Source: a virus. Taken from it: a DNA stretch of 64,000 nt. The notes beneath the pieces are model-generated. The model searched no databases, was not told the DNA's origin, and worked only from the letters and a program-made list of their open reading frames with translations. The position numbers were made by a program, and so were the translations under genes. The stretch's first letter is position 1, and each line of letters starts with the position of its first letter. The stretch is from IMG/VR virus record IMGVR_UViG_3300021962_000035, positions 32,001 to 96,000 of that record. The stretch is one strand, 5' to 3'. Shown here piece by piece: positions 1-8,963 of this stretch.

Positions 1-2
1 AA

Positions 3-656
3 CCTAAGATCCAGTTTTATAAAAACTATCTTATGCCCTCTGGTGTTAATGGTACGCCTACCATAGAACCTGTTACCACTGAGGGACCTAATCTAAATGA
101 TCCTGCACCTTTGTCTTACTTCTTTGATAAGTTCGTGCAAGAATCTAAAGTTCCGCCTTCAAGGTTTCACACTCCAGACGGTGGAAACACTTCTCCATAT
201 TCAAACGGAGCGGAAGGATTAGATAAGGAAGAAATAAGATTTGCTAAGTTTGTAGAAAGACTTAGATCAATTTTCCAGGAGATATTAACAAAGCCACTTT
301 GGATTCAAATGGCTAAAAAATATCCTAACCTGGAGAAGGACTTCTTATTTAAGAGCCAATTGGGACTAGATTATTTCTCTGATAATCCATTTAAGATCAA
401 TCAGGAGATGGATATTATTAATAAAAGGAAAGAATCCGTTACTGCTATGACAGGATTACTCGGAGACGAAGAGAAGCCATATTTCTCTACCGCTTTCCTT
501 ATTGAGACTTTCCTTGGTATGTCCAGACAGGATATAATAGCAAATAAGGAAGCCATGGAGAGAAAAGCTAAGGAGAAGGAAAAAGCAGAGAAGAAAGAAG
601 GCGGGGAAGAAGGCGGGGAAGAAAAAGAAGGGGAAGCACCAGAAGTAACACTATAA
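3..656 (+). CDS. Portal protein paralogue A (T4 gp20-like), 5'-truncated by the window edge
   Basis: The frame is open from position 3 (PKIQFYKNYLMPSG...), so ATG33 is internal. It aligns with the C-terminal part of 666..2291 (PKVQFYKNYLFP; EEIRFAKFVERLRSIFQEILTKPL vs DEIRFEKFLRRLRSIFQEILVKPL). Confidence 0.85.
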   Translation, partial: PKIQFYKNYLMPSGVNGTPTIEPVTTEGPNLNDPAPLSYFFDKFVQESKVPPSRFHTPDGGNTSPYSNGAEGLDKEEIRFAKFVERLRSIFQEILTKPLWIQMAKKYPNLEKDFLFKSQLGLDYFSDNPFKINQEMDIINKRKESVTAMTGLLGDEEKPYFSTAFLIETFLGMSRQDIIANKEAMERKAKEKEKAEKKEGGEEGGEEKEGEAPEVTL

Positions 657-665
657 AAATAAGAG

Positions 666-2291
666 ATGGCAGGATTTTTAGATTTTTTAAGACCTAACGA
701 GTCAGCTTTAGGTAACATACTGAGAAGCCTTGGTAAAGTATCCAAGTTCGGTATGCAGTATGATGACATGGTCGTTAGAAATTCTCAGGCCGTAGGTAAA
801 ACAGAAAGTTATTTCTTTAATCAGCAAGGAACTGGATTTACCCAGGATGACGCTTTTTACTGGACAGCTTCTTACCAGGATACCAAGGTAAGAAAATACA
901 TCGCATACTTCGATAAGGACTATGTAGAAAAAAGAAACTTCTTAAGAAAATTTTCACTAAATGGAGAAATTGAATTTATTATTGATACGATTACAGACGA
1001 ATCTATCACTTATGACGATAGAAATTATTTTGCTAATCCTTCTTTCCTTAATTTAGATCTAAAGGAGAAGGTATTAAATAAGATATCTCTACATTATAAT
1101 AGGCTGTACAATATATTTGGGTTCCAAAATTCCGTACTTGCTTGGCAGTATTTCAAACAATTTTTAATTGACGGATTTCTCGCATTTGAGATTATCTATG
1201 ACAACAAAGGAAAAGAGATAATCGGATTTAAAGAGCTTGATCCATCTTCTCTACAACCCGCTGTTGAAAAGATAGGGGAAAATGAATACCAACAATTTTG
1301 GATTCAGTATCCAAAAAATCCTCAAATGACTAGGAAACTAACAAATGAGCAAATCATTTATATTTCTTATGCTAAGGGTAATAGCGTATCTAGGGTTAGC
1401 TATATAGAAAGACTCGTTAGATCCTACAACATTCTAAGAATCATGGAGAATTCCAGAATCATCTGGAATGTTATGAATGCTTCTTATAGATTGAAGTTTA
1501 TTATTCCTACTGGTAGCCAATCTCCTCAAAAAGCTATGCAGACTTTAGGCCAGCTAATGTCTAACTACAAGGAGGATATTACCATTAATGACGCTTCAGG
1601 TGAATTAACGGTAAATGGAAGACCTAAGGTTCAGTTTTATAAAAACTATCTATTTCCTGAACAGAATGGTCAATCACCTCAGATAGAATCATTAAATCCT
1701 AATGGTCCGGATTTTAATGTTATGGATAATGTTCTTTATTTCTATAACAAGTTAAAAATGGATTCCAAAATACCTTATGCTAGATTTGCTTCAAGGGCTG
1801 CTGGTCCTGTTAATTATCAGATAGGTATAGATCAGTTGGAAAGAGACGAGATAAGGTTTGAGAAATTCCTAAGAAGATTAAGATCTATTTTCCAGGAGAT
1901 ACTTGTCAAGCCCCTTTATATTCAAATGTGCTTAGATTTTCCTGAGTTGTCAAGAGATAGAAGCTTTAAAGCAAATCTGGGATTGGATTTTCACAGAGAA
2001 AGTGAGTTTGAAGAAATGGTTCAACTTACCAACTTTACTAAGAGAAGCGAATTCATAAAAGGCTTAGGCGAGCTTAAAGTTAAGGTCGGAGAGGAAGAGA
2101 AAGCATACTTTGATAATGATTATCTTATACAAAGATTCCTTGGGTTAACTCCGGATCAAATAGCTACAAACGAAAGCTATTTGAAAAAAGAAGCAAAAGC
2201 TGCTCCTAAGAAAGAGGAAGGCGGAGCTGAAGGCGAGGCCGCTCCAGCGGAGGGCGAGGGCGAAGGAGAAGCTCCGGAGGTAACTCTATAA
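666..2291 (+). CDS. Portal protein paralogue B (T4 gp20-like)
   Basis: gp20-like motifs: EIEFIIDTITDESI, IIGFKELDP, LRIMENSRII...FIIPTG, YFYNKLKMDSKIPYARF, RDEIRFEKFLRRLRSIFQE. Confidence 0.9.
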   Translation: MAGFLDFLRPNESALGNILRSLGKVSKFGMQYDDMVVRNSQAVGKTESYFFNQQGTGFTQDDAFYWTASYQDTKVRKYIAYFDKDYVEKRNFLRKFSLNGEIEFIIDTITDESITYDDRNYFANPSFLNLDLKEKVLNKISLHYNRLYNIFGFQNSVLAWQYFKQFLIDGFLAFEIIYDNKGKEIIGFKELDPSSLQPAVEKIGENEYQQFWIQYPKNPQMTRKLTNEQIIYISYAKGNSVSRVSYIERLVRSYNILRIMENSRIIWNVMNASYRLKFIIPTGSQSPQKAMQTLGQLMSNYKEDITINDASGELTVNGRPKVQFYKNYLFPEQNGQSPQIESLNPNGPDFNVMDNVLYFYNKLKMDSKIPYARFASRAAGPVNYQIGIDQLERDEIRFEKFLRRLRSIFQEILVKPLYIQMCLDFPELSRDRSFKANLGLDFHRESEFEEMVQLTNFTKRSEFIKGLGELKVKVGEEEKAYFDNDYLIQRFLGLTPDQIATNESYLKKEAKAAPKKEEGGAEGEAAPAEGEGEGEAPEVTL

Positions 2292-2460
2292 TTCCGTAAT
2301 CCATCGTTTATTTGACTTATAGGCACTCTTTATAATTTATTAATCAAACATATGCAATTTACCGCAGGTTTCAAAATAGGGCGGTTAAAATAGCAAAAGG
2401 AAGGGTTTAAATGCTTCTAACAATTTGTCCTTAATATTTTTTTTAACCGGGATCATTTCT

Positions 2461-2468
2461 TATATTTG
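2461..2468 (+). promoter_or_regulatory. Bacteroidota-type sigma-A -7 element (TAnnTTTG) upstream of DNA ligase
   Basis: TATATTTG(C), 17 nt before ATG2486. No clear -33 TTTG at the usual spacing. Confidence 0.65.
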
Positions 2469-2485
2469 CAGAAAAATAATAAGAA

Positions 2486-3832
2486 ATGGTATTCGATGAA
2501 ATGGTAAACAACATCAAGATTCTTAAAGTTTTAGAATCTTTGACCGGCGAGGGATCGCAAAAAGCAAAGCAATCATTAATCAAGACGTCGATCAATCCTA
2601 AAATGGAGTACATTCTCGACACTTGTTTTAACCCCTTTGTTACTACAAAGCTTCACAAGCTAAATTTCCCAGAAAAATCTAATTCAGAAAATCCCAATTT
2701 ATGGGAAGATTTCAAAGATCTGGTTGAGGATCTGAAGAAAGCACCTGCTGCAAATGATTCCCTTAGATCTAGGGCAGAGGTCCTACTCGGAGCTAGGTTA
2801 TCTGAGAACGAGTCAGAGGACACTGAATTGAGAAAAAACCTAATGAAAATCCTTACCAAAAGGATGAACATAGGGATTGGTGCAAAATTAATTAACAAAG
2901 CAGTAGGCAGGGAATTGATTCCTGATCCTTCTCTTATGTTGGCTACTGACGATCATAAAGTGATCGAAAAGTGGGACAAGATCTACTGTGAGGAAAAATA
3001 CGATGGCGTACGTGTAATAGCTATCTACAAGAATGGTGAAATCACATACTTTACTCGTGCATTCAACGAACTTGATGCTACTTGCTTTCCGAAGATAACT
3101 TTCGATTTAAAACTCTGCATGATAAACTCTGGACTATCAGGTAACTGGTTTTTCGATGGAGAATTAACCGATTTGAACAGAAAATCCGTTAGCGGTAAAG
3201 TAACACAAATTCTTAAAGGTACGGCAAGCGATAAAATCGAAAGCGGATTTCTTTTTAATGTTTTCGATTTTGATGAACTCATTACTCTAGATAAGGGAAG
3301 CGGGGTTCTAGAATATGTTGATCGTAGAGATACGTTAGAAAAAATCACTAGCGGATTATCGGAGGATTCTCCGGTGAAGCTTGCTCAAATGTGGGAATTG
3401 TCAGATCCTTCTGAAATCACTGCCATCTATAAAAAAATAGTAGATATTGGCGGCGAAGGAGTTATCTGCAAGGATAACGGAGTTTATGAATGCAAGAGAT
3501 CTAAATCTTGGGTTAAATTCAAGGAAGTTAACGAGTGCGATCTTGAAATAACTGGATGGTATCCAGGAGAGGGAAAAAGAGAGGGTCTTATCGGAGGATT
3601 TATTTGCACAGACCTTTCAAAAACACTTAATGTTAAGATTGGATCTGGTTTCAATGATAACGATCTTAAGGAACTTAGTAAAGATCCGGATTCACACATC
3701 GGAAAGATTGCAGCAATACAATACAACGTAACGATCACGGATAAACACGAGAACAGATCTTTATTCTTGCCTCGATTTGTCGAGGTTCGTCACGATAAAA
3801 ATTCTGCTGATGATCTTTCTAGTAAATTTTAA
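2486..3832 (+). CDS. ATP-dependent DNA ligase (T4 gp30-like)
   Basis: EEKYDGVR (KxDG motif I), FFDGEL, FNVFD, EGVICK, KRSKSWVKFK, GSGF, LFLPRF. Confidence 0.95.
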   Translation: MVFDEMVNNIKILKVLESLTGEGSQKAKQSLIKTSINPKMEYILDTCFNPFVTTKLHKLNFPEKSNSENPNLWEDFKDLVEDLKKAPAANDSLRSRAEVLLGARLSENESEDTELRKNLMKILTKRMNIGIGAKLINKAVGRELIPDPSLMLATDDHKVIEKWDKIYCEEKYDGVRVIAIYKNGEITYFTRAFNELDATCFPKITFDLKLCMINSGLSGNWFFDGELTDLNRKSVSGKVTQILKGTASDKIESGFLFNVFDFDELITLDKGSGVLEYVDRRDTLEKITSGLSEDSPVKLAQMWELSDPSEITAIYKKIVDIGGEGVICKDNGVYECKRSKSWVKFKEVNECDLEITGWYPGEGKREGLIGGFICTDLSKTLNVKIGSGFNDNDLKELSKDPDSHIGKIAAIQYNVTITDKHENRSLFLPRFVEVRHDKNSADDLSSKF

Positions 3833-3861
3833 GAAACAACTTCTTTTTTTAACTCTAGAAA
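3833..3861 (+). promoter_or_regulatory. Putative middle-type promoter GAAAC-N18-TAGAAA
   Basis: GAAAC 3833-3837 and TAGAAA 3856-3861, with the same 18-nt spacing as at 7973 and 27338. It is very close to ATG3866. Confidence 0.4.
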
Positions 3862-3865
3862 TAAT

Positions 3866-4810
3866 ATGATACAAGAACTCTTAACAGAAAAACTACGCCC
3901 AAAGGAGCTTAGACATATGATACTTCCGCAGAGGATATCTAAGATATTCGAGAACGGTCTAGGTCATAATGTCTTATTAAGCGGACCCCCAGGATGTGGC
4001 AAAACTACACTGGCTAAAATATTAGCAACAGGATATCCTAGCATATTCATAAATGTCTCTGATGAAAGCTCGGTAGAAACGATACGGGTAAAAATAAATG
4101 ACTTCTGTTCCACCATATCCGTGATGGACGGTAAATCATCTAAGAAGATTGTCATTTTAGATGAGTTTGACGGAGCTTCGGATCAATTCTATAAAGCACT
4201 AAGGGGAACAATCGAAAAGTTCGCTAGCAACGCTAGATTCATTGCTACGTGCAACTATATCAACAAGGTTCCGGATGCAATCCAAAGTAGATTCGAAGTT
4301 ATAGATTTCAATCCAGTAAACAGTGACGAAGAAAATGCTCTTAAGTCAGAATGGAATAGGAGAATTGGTTTAATTCTAGGTAAAATTGGAATAACCATAG
4401 ATTCAGATTCGCTGAACGAGTTTCAGAAGAATTATTATCCCGATTTCAGATCAGCTTTGAATAAGATTCAGACCTGGATGATAGAGGGAGTTAAAAATGT
4501 AGATTCCGCTAAGATTAACGAGCTAGGTTGGTCTTATGAAGATCTTTATACCCTTATAACCACTTCTAAGGATCCAGTGAAAAACTACCAGAGTATCGCA
4601 GGAGAATACCAAGGAAAGGTTGACGAAGTTATGTCAGCTCTGGGTGAAGAGTTTATAAACTGGATAATTAACAACAAGCCGGAATTGAAGAAAATAATCC
4701 CAGCAGTAATCGTATTAGTTGCAGATCACCAAGCTCAGAGAACCCAGGTTATTGATCCTATGGTTTCTTTATTGTCTCTAGTTTTTCAAATACAGAAACT
4801 AACGGATTAA
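3866..4810 (+). CDS. Sliding-clamp loader AAA+ subunit (T4 gp44 / RFC small-subunit-like)
   Basis: Walker A GPPGCGKT, Walker B ILDEFD, CNYINKVPDAIQSRF (SRC-like motif). Confidence 0.93.
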   Translation: MIQELLTEKLRPKELRHMILPQRISKIFENGLGHNVLLSGPPGCGKTTLAKILATGYPSIFINVSDESSVETIRVKINDFCSTISVMDGKSSKKIVILDEFDGASDQFYKALRGTIEKFASNARFIATCNYINKVPDAIQSRFEVIDFNPVNSDEENALKSEWNRRIGLILGKIGITIDSDSLNEFQKNYYPDFRSALNKIQTWMIEGVKNVDSAKINELGWSYEDLYTLITTSKDPVKNYQSIAGEYQGKVDEVMSALGEEFINWIINNKPELKKIIPAVIVLVADHQAQRTQVIDPMVSLLSLVFQIQKLTD

Positions 4811-4811
4811 T

Positions 4812-5336
4812 ATGAATGACAGCTGGAGGAGAATAATCATAGCAGGTAAAGGTGGTTCGGGGAAGGATCACCTAGTTAAGCAATTGAGGGTGGAAGGCTT
4901 AATCTATTCGGTCTCTCACACATCCAGACCCCCGAGAGAAGGAGAATTCAATGGCGTTGATTATTACTTCGTTACTTACGAAGAAGCCATTGAAAGAGCC
5001 AACGGGGGAGATTTTTATGAATGGGTAGAATTTAACAAGTGGTTCTATGGAACATCTATGGATGAATTCTATAGAGCAAATCTTTTTATCATGACACCCA
5101 CAGGAATATCAAAACTAAAACCAGAGGACAGAAAAGAATCCTTTATAATATTCATCGATATTGACGAAAGCATTTTAAGGGAAAGATTAATGGGGAGAAG
5201 AGATGCAGACAAAGCGGAAAGAAGAATTGAAGCTGATAGAGAAGATTTTAAAAACTTTTCTGATTTTGACTGTATAATAACAAACCCCAATTTTACAGTA
5301 AACGAGGTAATGGAAAAAATAAGAAGAAATGATTAA
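4812..5336 (+). CDS. gmk: Guanylate kinase
   Basis: GKGGSGKD P-loop; SVSHTSRPPREGEFNGVDYYFV and FYEWVEF...YGTS GMP-binding signature. Confidence 0.9.
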   Translation: MNDSWRRIIIAGKGGSGKDHLVKQLRVEGLIYSVSHTSRPPREGEFNGVDYYFVTYEEAIERANGGDFYEWVEFNKWFYGTSMDEFYRANLFIMTPTGISKLKPEDRKESFIIFIDIDESILRERLMGRRDADKAERRIEADREDFKNFSDFDCIITNPNFTVNEVMEKIRRND

Positions 5337-6477
5337 TATACTTATAGACGGTAACTACATATTCCACAAGACCTTTGGCATATTCGCAGGATATGGATCA
5401 AATGTCGATCCAGGAAAGGTACTTAAAAGCAAATCAGATCAATCTATGTTTATTAGAAAGATTGCTACTGATCTTTGTGCTTCGTTAAAAATGCTTCCCG
5501 TTGGAGGCAGATTGATTTTCACATCAGATAGCAGAAGCTGGAGGAAGGATGTGGAAATAGAAGATGGAGGATATAAATCTGGTAGGGTGAAGGACGAAAA
5601 TGTTGATTGGAGCATATTTTTTGATCTTATGCAATCGTTTGGCTCTCATCTCGAAAAAATGGGATTCATTTTTTCTAAAATCGAAGGTGCCGAGGGAGAT
5701 GATCTACTTCTTTACTGGTCTCAGAAATTCAATGACGAGGGCGAAAGCTGTATTATTATAAGTGGAGATAAGGATCTACATCAGCTTGCTAGAATGAAGG
5801 GCCCGGACGTTTGGACTGCCACTTGGAATAGTAATTCTAAGAAAAATGTCCTTTCAGTCCCTACTGGATGGAAAGAGAATTGGTTAAATGAATCTAGAAG
5901 TGAAGTTAGCATTTTTAACATGAGCTCTACAATTTCTCCAGAGAAAGAAAGACTAAAAGATTTTCTTAAGAAAGTTGATATTGAAGAGATAGACAGTTTT
6001 CCTTTTATATTCAATAAAATCCTAGTTGGAGATAAAGGTGACTCTGTACCTAGTGTATGGGAATTCGAGTCTAATGGAAAGATCAGTAGATTTACACCTA
6101 AAAGTGCAGAGAAAATATATGCGATGTTTCTAGAATCCAGTTGGAGAAATCTCCCTATAAGATCACTGATAGAGGACGAGGATTTTCTGGGATGGATTTC
6201 CCCATTGATATTAAAGATAGGGAAGGGAGTAGACAGTACAGAAAACAGAGCTAAGGTTAAACACAATTTTCTTAGAAATCTCAAGTTAATGTGGCTCGAT
6301 GATATGGTGATTCCTGAGAGTGTTTCTATGAACTGTAAATTGGAAACATCAAGGGGGATTAAGCTAGAAAAGAAAGCAGTAACACTTGACCGAATAAAAA
6401 TATTAGAAGGAACAGAATGGATATCTACTGCAGGCCAGCCTAAAGGTTTTGATCCGTTCGAGCACTTTTTAAAATAA
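5329..6477 (+). CDS. 5'-3' exonuclease / T4 RNase H-like (FEN family)
   Basis: LIDGNY, EGDD, IISGDKDLHQL, ILVGDKGDSVP acidic motifs. Confidence 0.88.
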   Translation: MINILIDGNYIFHKTFGIFAGYGSNVDPGKVLKSKSDQSMFIRKIATDLCASLKMLPVGGRLIFTSDSRSWRKDVEIEDGGYKSGRVKDENVDWSIFFDLMQSFGSHLEKMGFIFSKIEGAEGDDLLLYWSQKFNDEGESCIIISGDKDLHQLARMKGPDVWTATWNSNSKKNVLSVPTGWKENWLNESRSEVSIFNMSSTISPEKERLKDFLKKVDIEEIDSFPFIFNKILVGDKGDSVPSVWEFESNGKISRFTPKSAEKIYAMFLESSWRNLPIRSLIEDEDFLGWISPLILKIGKGVDSTENRAKVKHNFLRNLKLMWLDDMVIPESVSMNCKLETSRGIKLEKKAVTLDRIKILEGTEWISTAGQPKGFDPFEHFLK

Positions 6478-6481
6478 AATT

Positions 6482-6901
6482 ATGCAACTTTTTGACGTCA
6501 TAAAACTCATATTTAACAATAAACCTAAAGAGTGGAAATCTGTAGGTAAGATAGACAAGTCTAGGAATTTTTTTATGATTAATCGTATTATGTCTATCCA
6601 GTTTCCGATACAGGCTAATCAGTTCAATAAGTTGAAGGTAGTTCCCGCACCGGTAGTTGATTGGTGGCACGATACCTTATCTGCAAGATTTTCAAAACCA
6701 CCTACTTGGTTATACACCAAAACCAAAAAAGCAGAATCGATTAAAACGGAGGAAACTAAATCTTTAGAAGCAGTAGAATCTTTTATAAGAGATAAATACA
6801 GAATATCCAAAAGGGACCTTGAAACACTTAAAAGGTTTTATCCTGATAAGTACTCTTCATGGGCATCGGACATATCCGACCAAGCGGGACTTCAAAAATA
6901 G
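6482..6901 (+). CDS. Probable clamp-loader A subunit (T4 gp62-like)
   Basis: LFDVIKLIFNNK and FFMINRIMSIQFP resemble gp62 segments; lies near the gp44-like gene. Confidence 0.5.
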   Translation: MQLFDVIKLIFNNKPKEWKSVGKIDKSRNFFMINRIMSIQFPIQANQFNKLKVVPAPVVDWWHDTLSARFSKPPTWLYTKTKKAESIKTEETKSLEAVESFIRDKYRISKRDLETLKRFYPDKYSSWASDISDQAGLQK

Positions 6902-6903
6902 AT

Positions 6904-6911
6904 AATATATA
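6904..6911 (+). promoter_or_regulatory. Late-promoter-like motif AATATATA
   Basis: Variant of the recurrent GATATATA, 6 nt before ATG6918. Confidence 0.35.
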
Positions 6912-6917
6912 AGGGAT

Positions 6918-7472
6918 ATGGCGAAGCAAAGTAATAAATTGATCGACAAGGTTATTAGCAGCTTGGATTGGGATTCCATTCTTGAGGTTAATAGATGTTT
7001 TAAAATAGGGGTAGGAGAAGGCACATCGGTCATCCCGGGATTAAAGAGGAAGGTTTTTAGTGATTCGCTTACAAAGACCGACATAAAATCAGAATTGAAG
7101 ATACTTCTTAAATACGCTATCCAAAATGATATAGCTGAACTTTTTTACGGGCCTTGGATGATCTTTTGGGTAAACGGTGAATGGGTAGAAATTCAAAGAG
7201 AGGACGATGATGACGATGATGATGATGATGACCACGACACCAAAGCTGGAATCAATTTTAATTTTGATTCAAGTCTAGAAGTTATTTATTCACCACAAAG
7301 AATCCATATAGTAGGTAATTCCGATAAGAATGACCTAACACACGACGAGTCCGATGTCACTCGTTTAGAGGCTATGCTTAAGAAAGCTTTAGATTCAGAA
7401 AACTATGAACTGGCCTCAAAAATAAAAGATCTTCTAGCGCTCCAGAATGGAGAGGCCGCTGAAGATAAATAG
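6918..7472 (+). CDS. Hypothetical protein with poly-Asp tract and C-terminal UVR (UvrB/UvrC) motif
   Basis: RLEAMLKKALDSENYELASKIKDLL matches the UVR coiled-coil pattern; EDDDDDDDDDDHD tract. Confidence 0.7.
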   Translation: MAKQSNKLIDKVISSLDWDSILEVNRCFKIGVGEGTSVIPGLKRKVFSDSLTKTDIKSELKILLKYAIQNDIAELFYGPWMIFWVNGEWVEIQREDDDDDDDDDDHDTKAGINFNFDSSLEVIYSPQRIHIVGNSDKNDLTHDESDVTRLEAMLKKALDSENYELASKIKDLLALQNGEAAEDK

Positions 7473-7476
7473 TCTA

Positions 7477-7965
7477 ATGAAATACATCAAATCAATAAAC
7501 GAAGATTTCGGTGGCGAAAGTGGAGCATTTGGTGACACTTACGGTTACGGAGGAGCAAATGGGGTTTTAAAGATAAACTACAAGCCATTTAGCGATTTAT
7601 CGGTTTCCGTAGGTACTGATCCTAATATGAAGACTGATGTAAAGGGATCTGAATACAAAATAGGAGATGTTGTAATAGCTGAGCCTCTAGATTCCAAAAG
7701 CAAAGTTACAGGAGTAATAGTTAGATCTTTCAGAAAACCTGATAATATAGAGTTCAGATATTTTATCCAGGTTTATAACAAGGGTAAAAAAACTGAGAGA
7801 GTAATAGAGGTTAAATCAGACTCTATTAAGTTTGCTGAAGGTGGCGAACACGGAAATATGGCAACTGTAACTAAATACAAAAATAGCGAGATTGCAGACA
7901 AGAGCTATAATTCTAAGACAGTTTACAATTCATCCGAATTAGGCCTAGAAACAACTGGGGGCTAA
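7477..7965 (+). CDS. Hypothetical protein with capsid-targeting-like N-terminus, possible SH3/KOW-like barrel
   Basis: In-frame ATG7477 gives MKYIKSINE (track start 7447 overlaps the upstream gene); YKIGDVVIAEP...VTGVIV...RYFIQV. Confidence 0.6.
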   Translation: MKYIKSINEDFGGESGAFGDTYGYGGANGVLKINYKPFSDLSVSVGTDPNMKTDVKGSEYKIGDVVIAEPLDSKSKVTGVIVRSFRKPDNIEFRYFIQVYNKGKKTERVIEVKSDSIKFAEGGEHGNMATVTKYKNSEIADKSYNSKTVYNSSELGLETTGG

Positions 7966-7972
7966 TTTTACG

Positions 7973-8001
7973 GAAACTTAAAGACCTTTTATCAGTACAA
8001 T
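7973..8001 (+). promoter_or_regulatory. Putative middle-type promoter GAAAC-N18-TACAAT
   Basis: GAAAC 7973-7977, AAAGACCTTT 7980-7989, TACAAT 7996-8001. Near-identical architecture at 27338. Confidence 0.6.
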
Positions 8002-8016
8002 CTTAAAAAGGATTAG

Positions 8017-8919
8017 ATGATATCAGGACAAACTCCACCAAAAATATCTTATATAGGACCTCACACAGAATCTGGTGATTTGAGGTCTCAGATAAATTCA
8101 TACGAGGAGATGCTTTATGTCATTTTAAATAACATAAAGCTTAATATAGAAATCGACATAAAGATCACATGCATTGATGTATGTGATTTTTCATATTCGC
8201 CAAATTTCTTTAGAGAGGTTATAGAGGAGGAATCTGAAAAGATCTCTTCCATTATAGATGAGATAAATTCATTCATTGCTAAAAACGATGTAAAGATACT
8301 CTTTTCTGTTAATAGAGAATATTTTCTAGGCACCCAATTGGAAAACGTAAAGAGCTCAACACTAGCTCTCTTTTCTAGATTGTCTGAGATTCTTGACCTC
8401 ATAGGTGTAAACTATCCTTCTATAATGGTCAGGGTTGGCTCAGCATACGGGAATAGAAGAAATACTATGGATCTATTTTGTGAAAGACTTTCAGATCTGG
8501 ATCAGTGTGTTATAGACAAACTTTGTGTTATGAATGACGACAAGCCTAGCTTATTTTCTGTTACCGATCTTCTGTCCGGGATATACTACAAGGCAGGGAT
8601 ACCAATTTGCTTTAGACTTCTACCCCACCAATTTAACGACGGAGGATTGAGCATAAGAGAAGCTTTGTTTCTTTCCTGTTCTACCTGGAAGGCAGGACGG
8701 AAACCCTTCTTCATTCATTCAGAATCTTTAGAATGTGATGAAATTGGATACCCGCTCACTTCAAAGACTTCGGAATACCTTAAAAGTAGAATACCAACTT
8801 TCGGATTGGATATAGACGTGATAATAGATTCACCAGCAAGAGAGGATTCGTGTCTAAAATATAGAATGGATTATAGAGGACTTCCTCCTATAGTAATAAA
8901 CAAAAACCCTAAGAAATAA
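8017..8919 (+). CDS. UV-damage endonuclease (UvsE/UVDE)-like protein with degenerate active site
   Basis: VGSAYGN, NDDKPSLFSVTDL, GIPICF, STW..KPFFIHSES and PTFGLDIDVII follow the UvsE motif order, but metal-ligand His/Glu/Asp positions are substituted. Confidence 0.75.
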   Translation: MISGQTPPKISYIGPHTESGDLRSQINSYEEMLYVILNNIKLNIEIDIKITCIDVCDFSYSPNFFREVIEEESEKISSIIDEINSFIAKNDVKILFSVNREYFLGTQLENVKSSTLALFSRLSEILDLIGVNYPSIMVRVGSAYGNRRNTMDLFCERLSDLDQCVIDKLCVMNDDKPSLFSVTDLLSGIYYKAGIPICFRLLPHQFNDGGLSIREALFLSCSTWKAGRKPFFIHSESLECDEIGYPLTSKTSEYLKSRIPTFGLDIDVIIDSPAREDSCLKYRMDYRGLPPIVINKNPKK

Positions 8920-8942
8920 TTTTTTATTTCGCGATATTGTAT

Positions 8943-8950
8943 TATCTTTG
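8943..8950 (+). promoter_or_regulatory. Bacteroidota-type -7 element (TATCTTTG)
   Basis: TAnnTTTG 13 nt before ATG8964. Confidence 0.6.
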
Positions 8951-8963
8951 TAAAAAATAAGGA

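Noticed and set aside
2312-2336. TTGACT...TATAAT resembling an E. coli sigma70 promoter
   Set aside because: The spacer is 13 nt rather than about 17 and no suitable ORF follows; probably chance in AT-rich DNA.
7203-7232. (GAT/GAC)n microsatellite as a phase-variation switch
   Set aside because: It is a triplet repeat in frame; slippage would change only Asp number, not the reading frame.
7464-7471. GATAAATA before ATG7477 as a late promoter
   Set aside because: Only 5 nt from the start codon and overlapping the upstream stop; too close compared with the 17-31 nt seen elsewhere.
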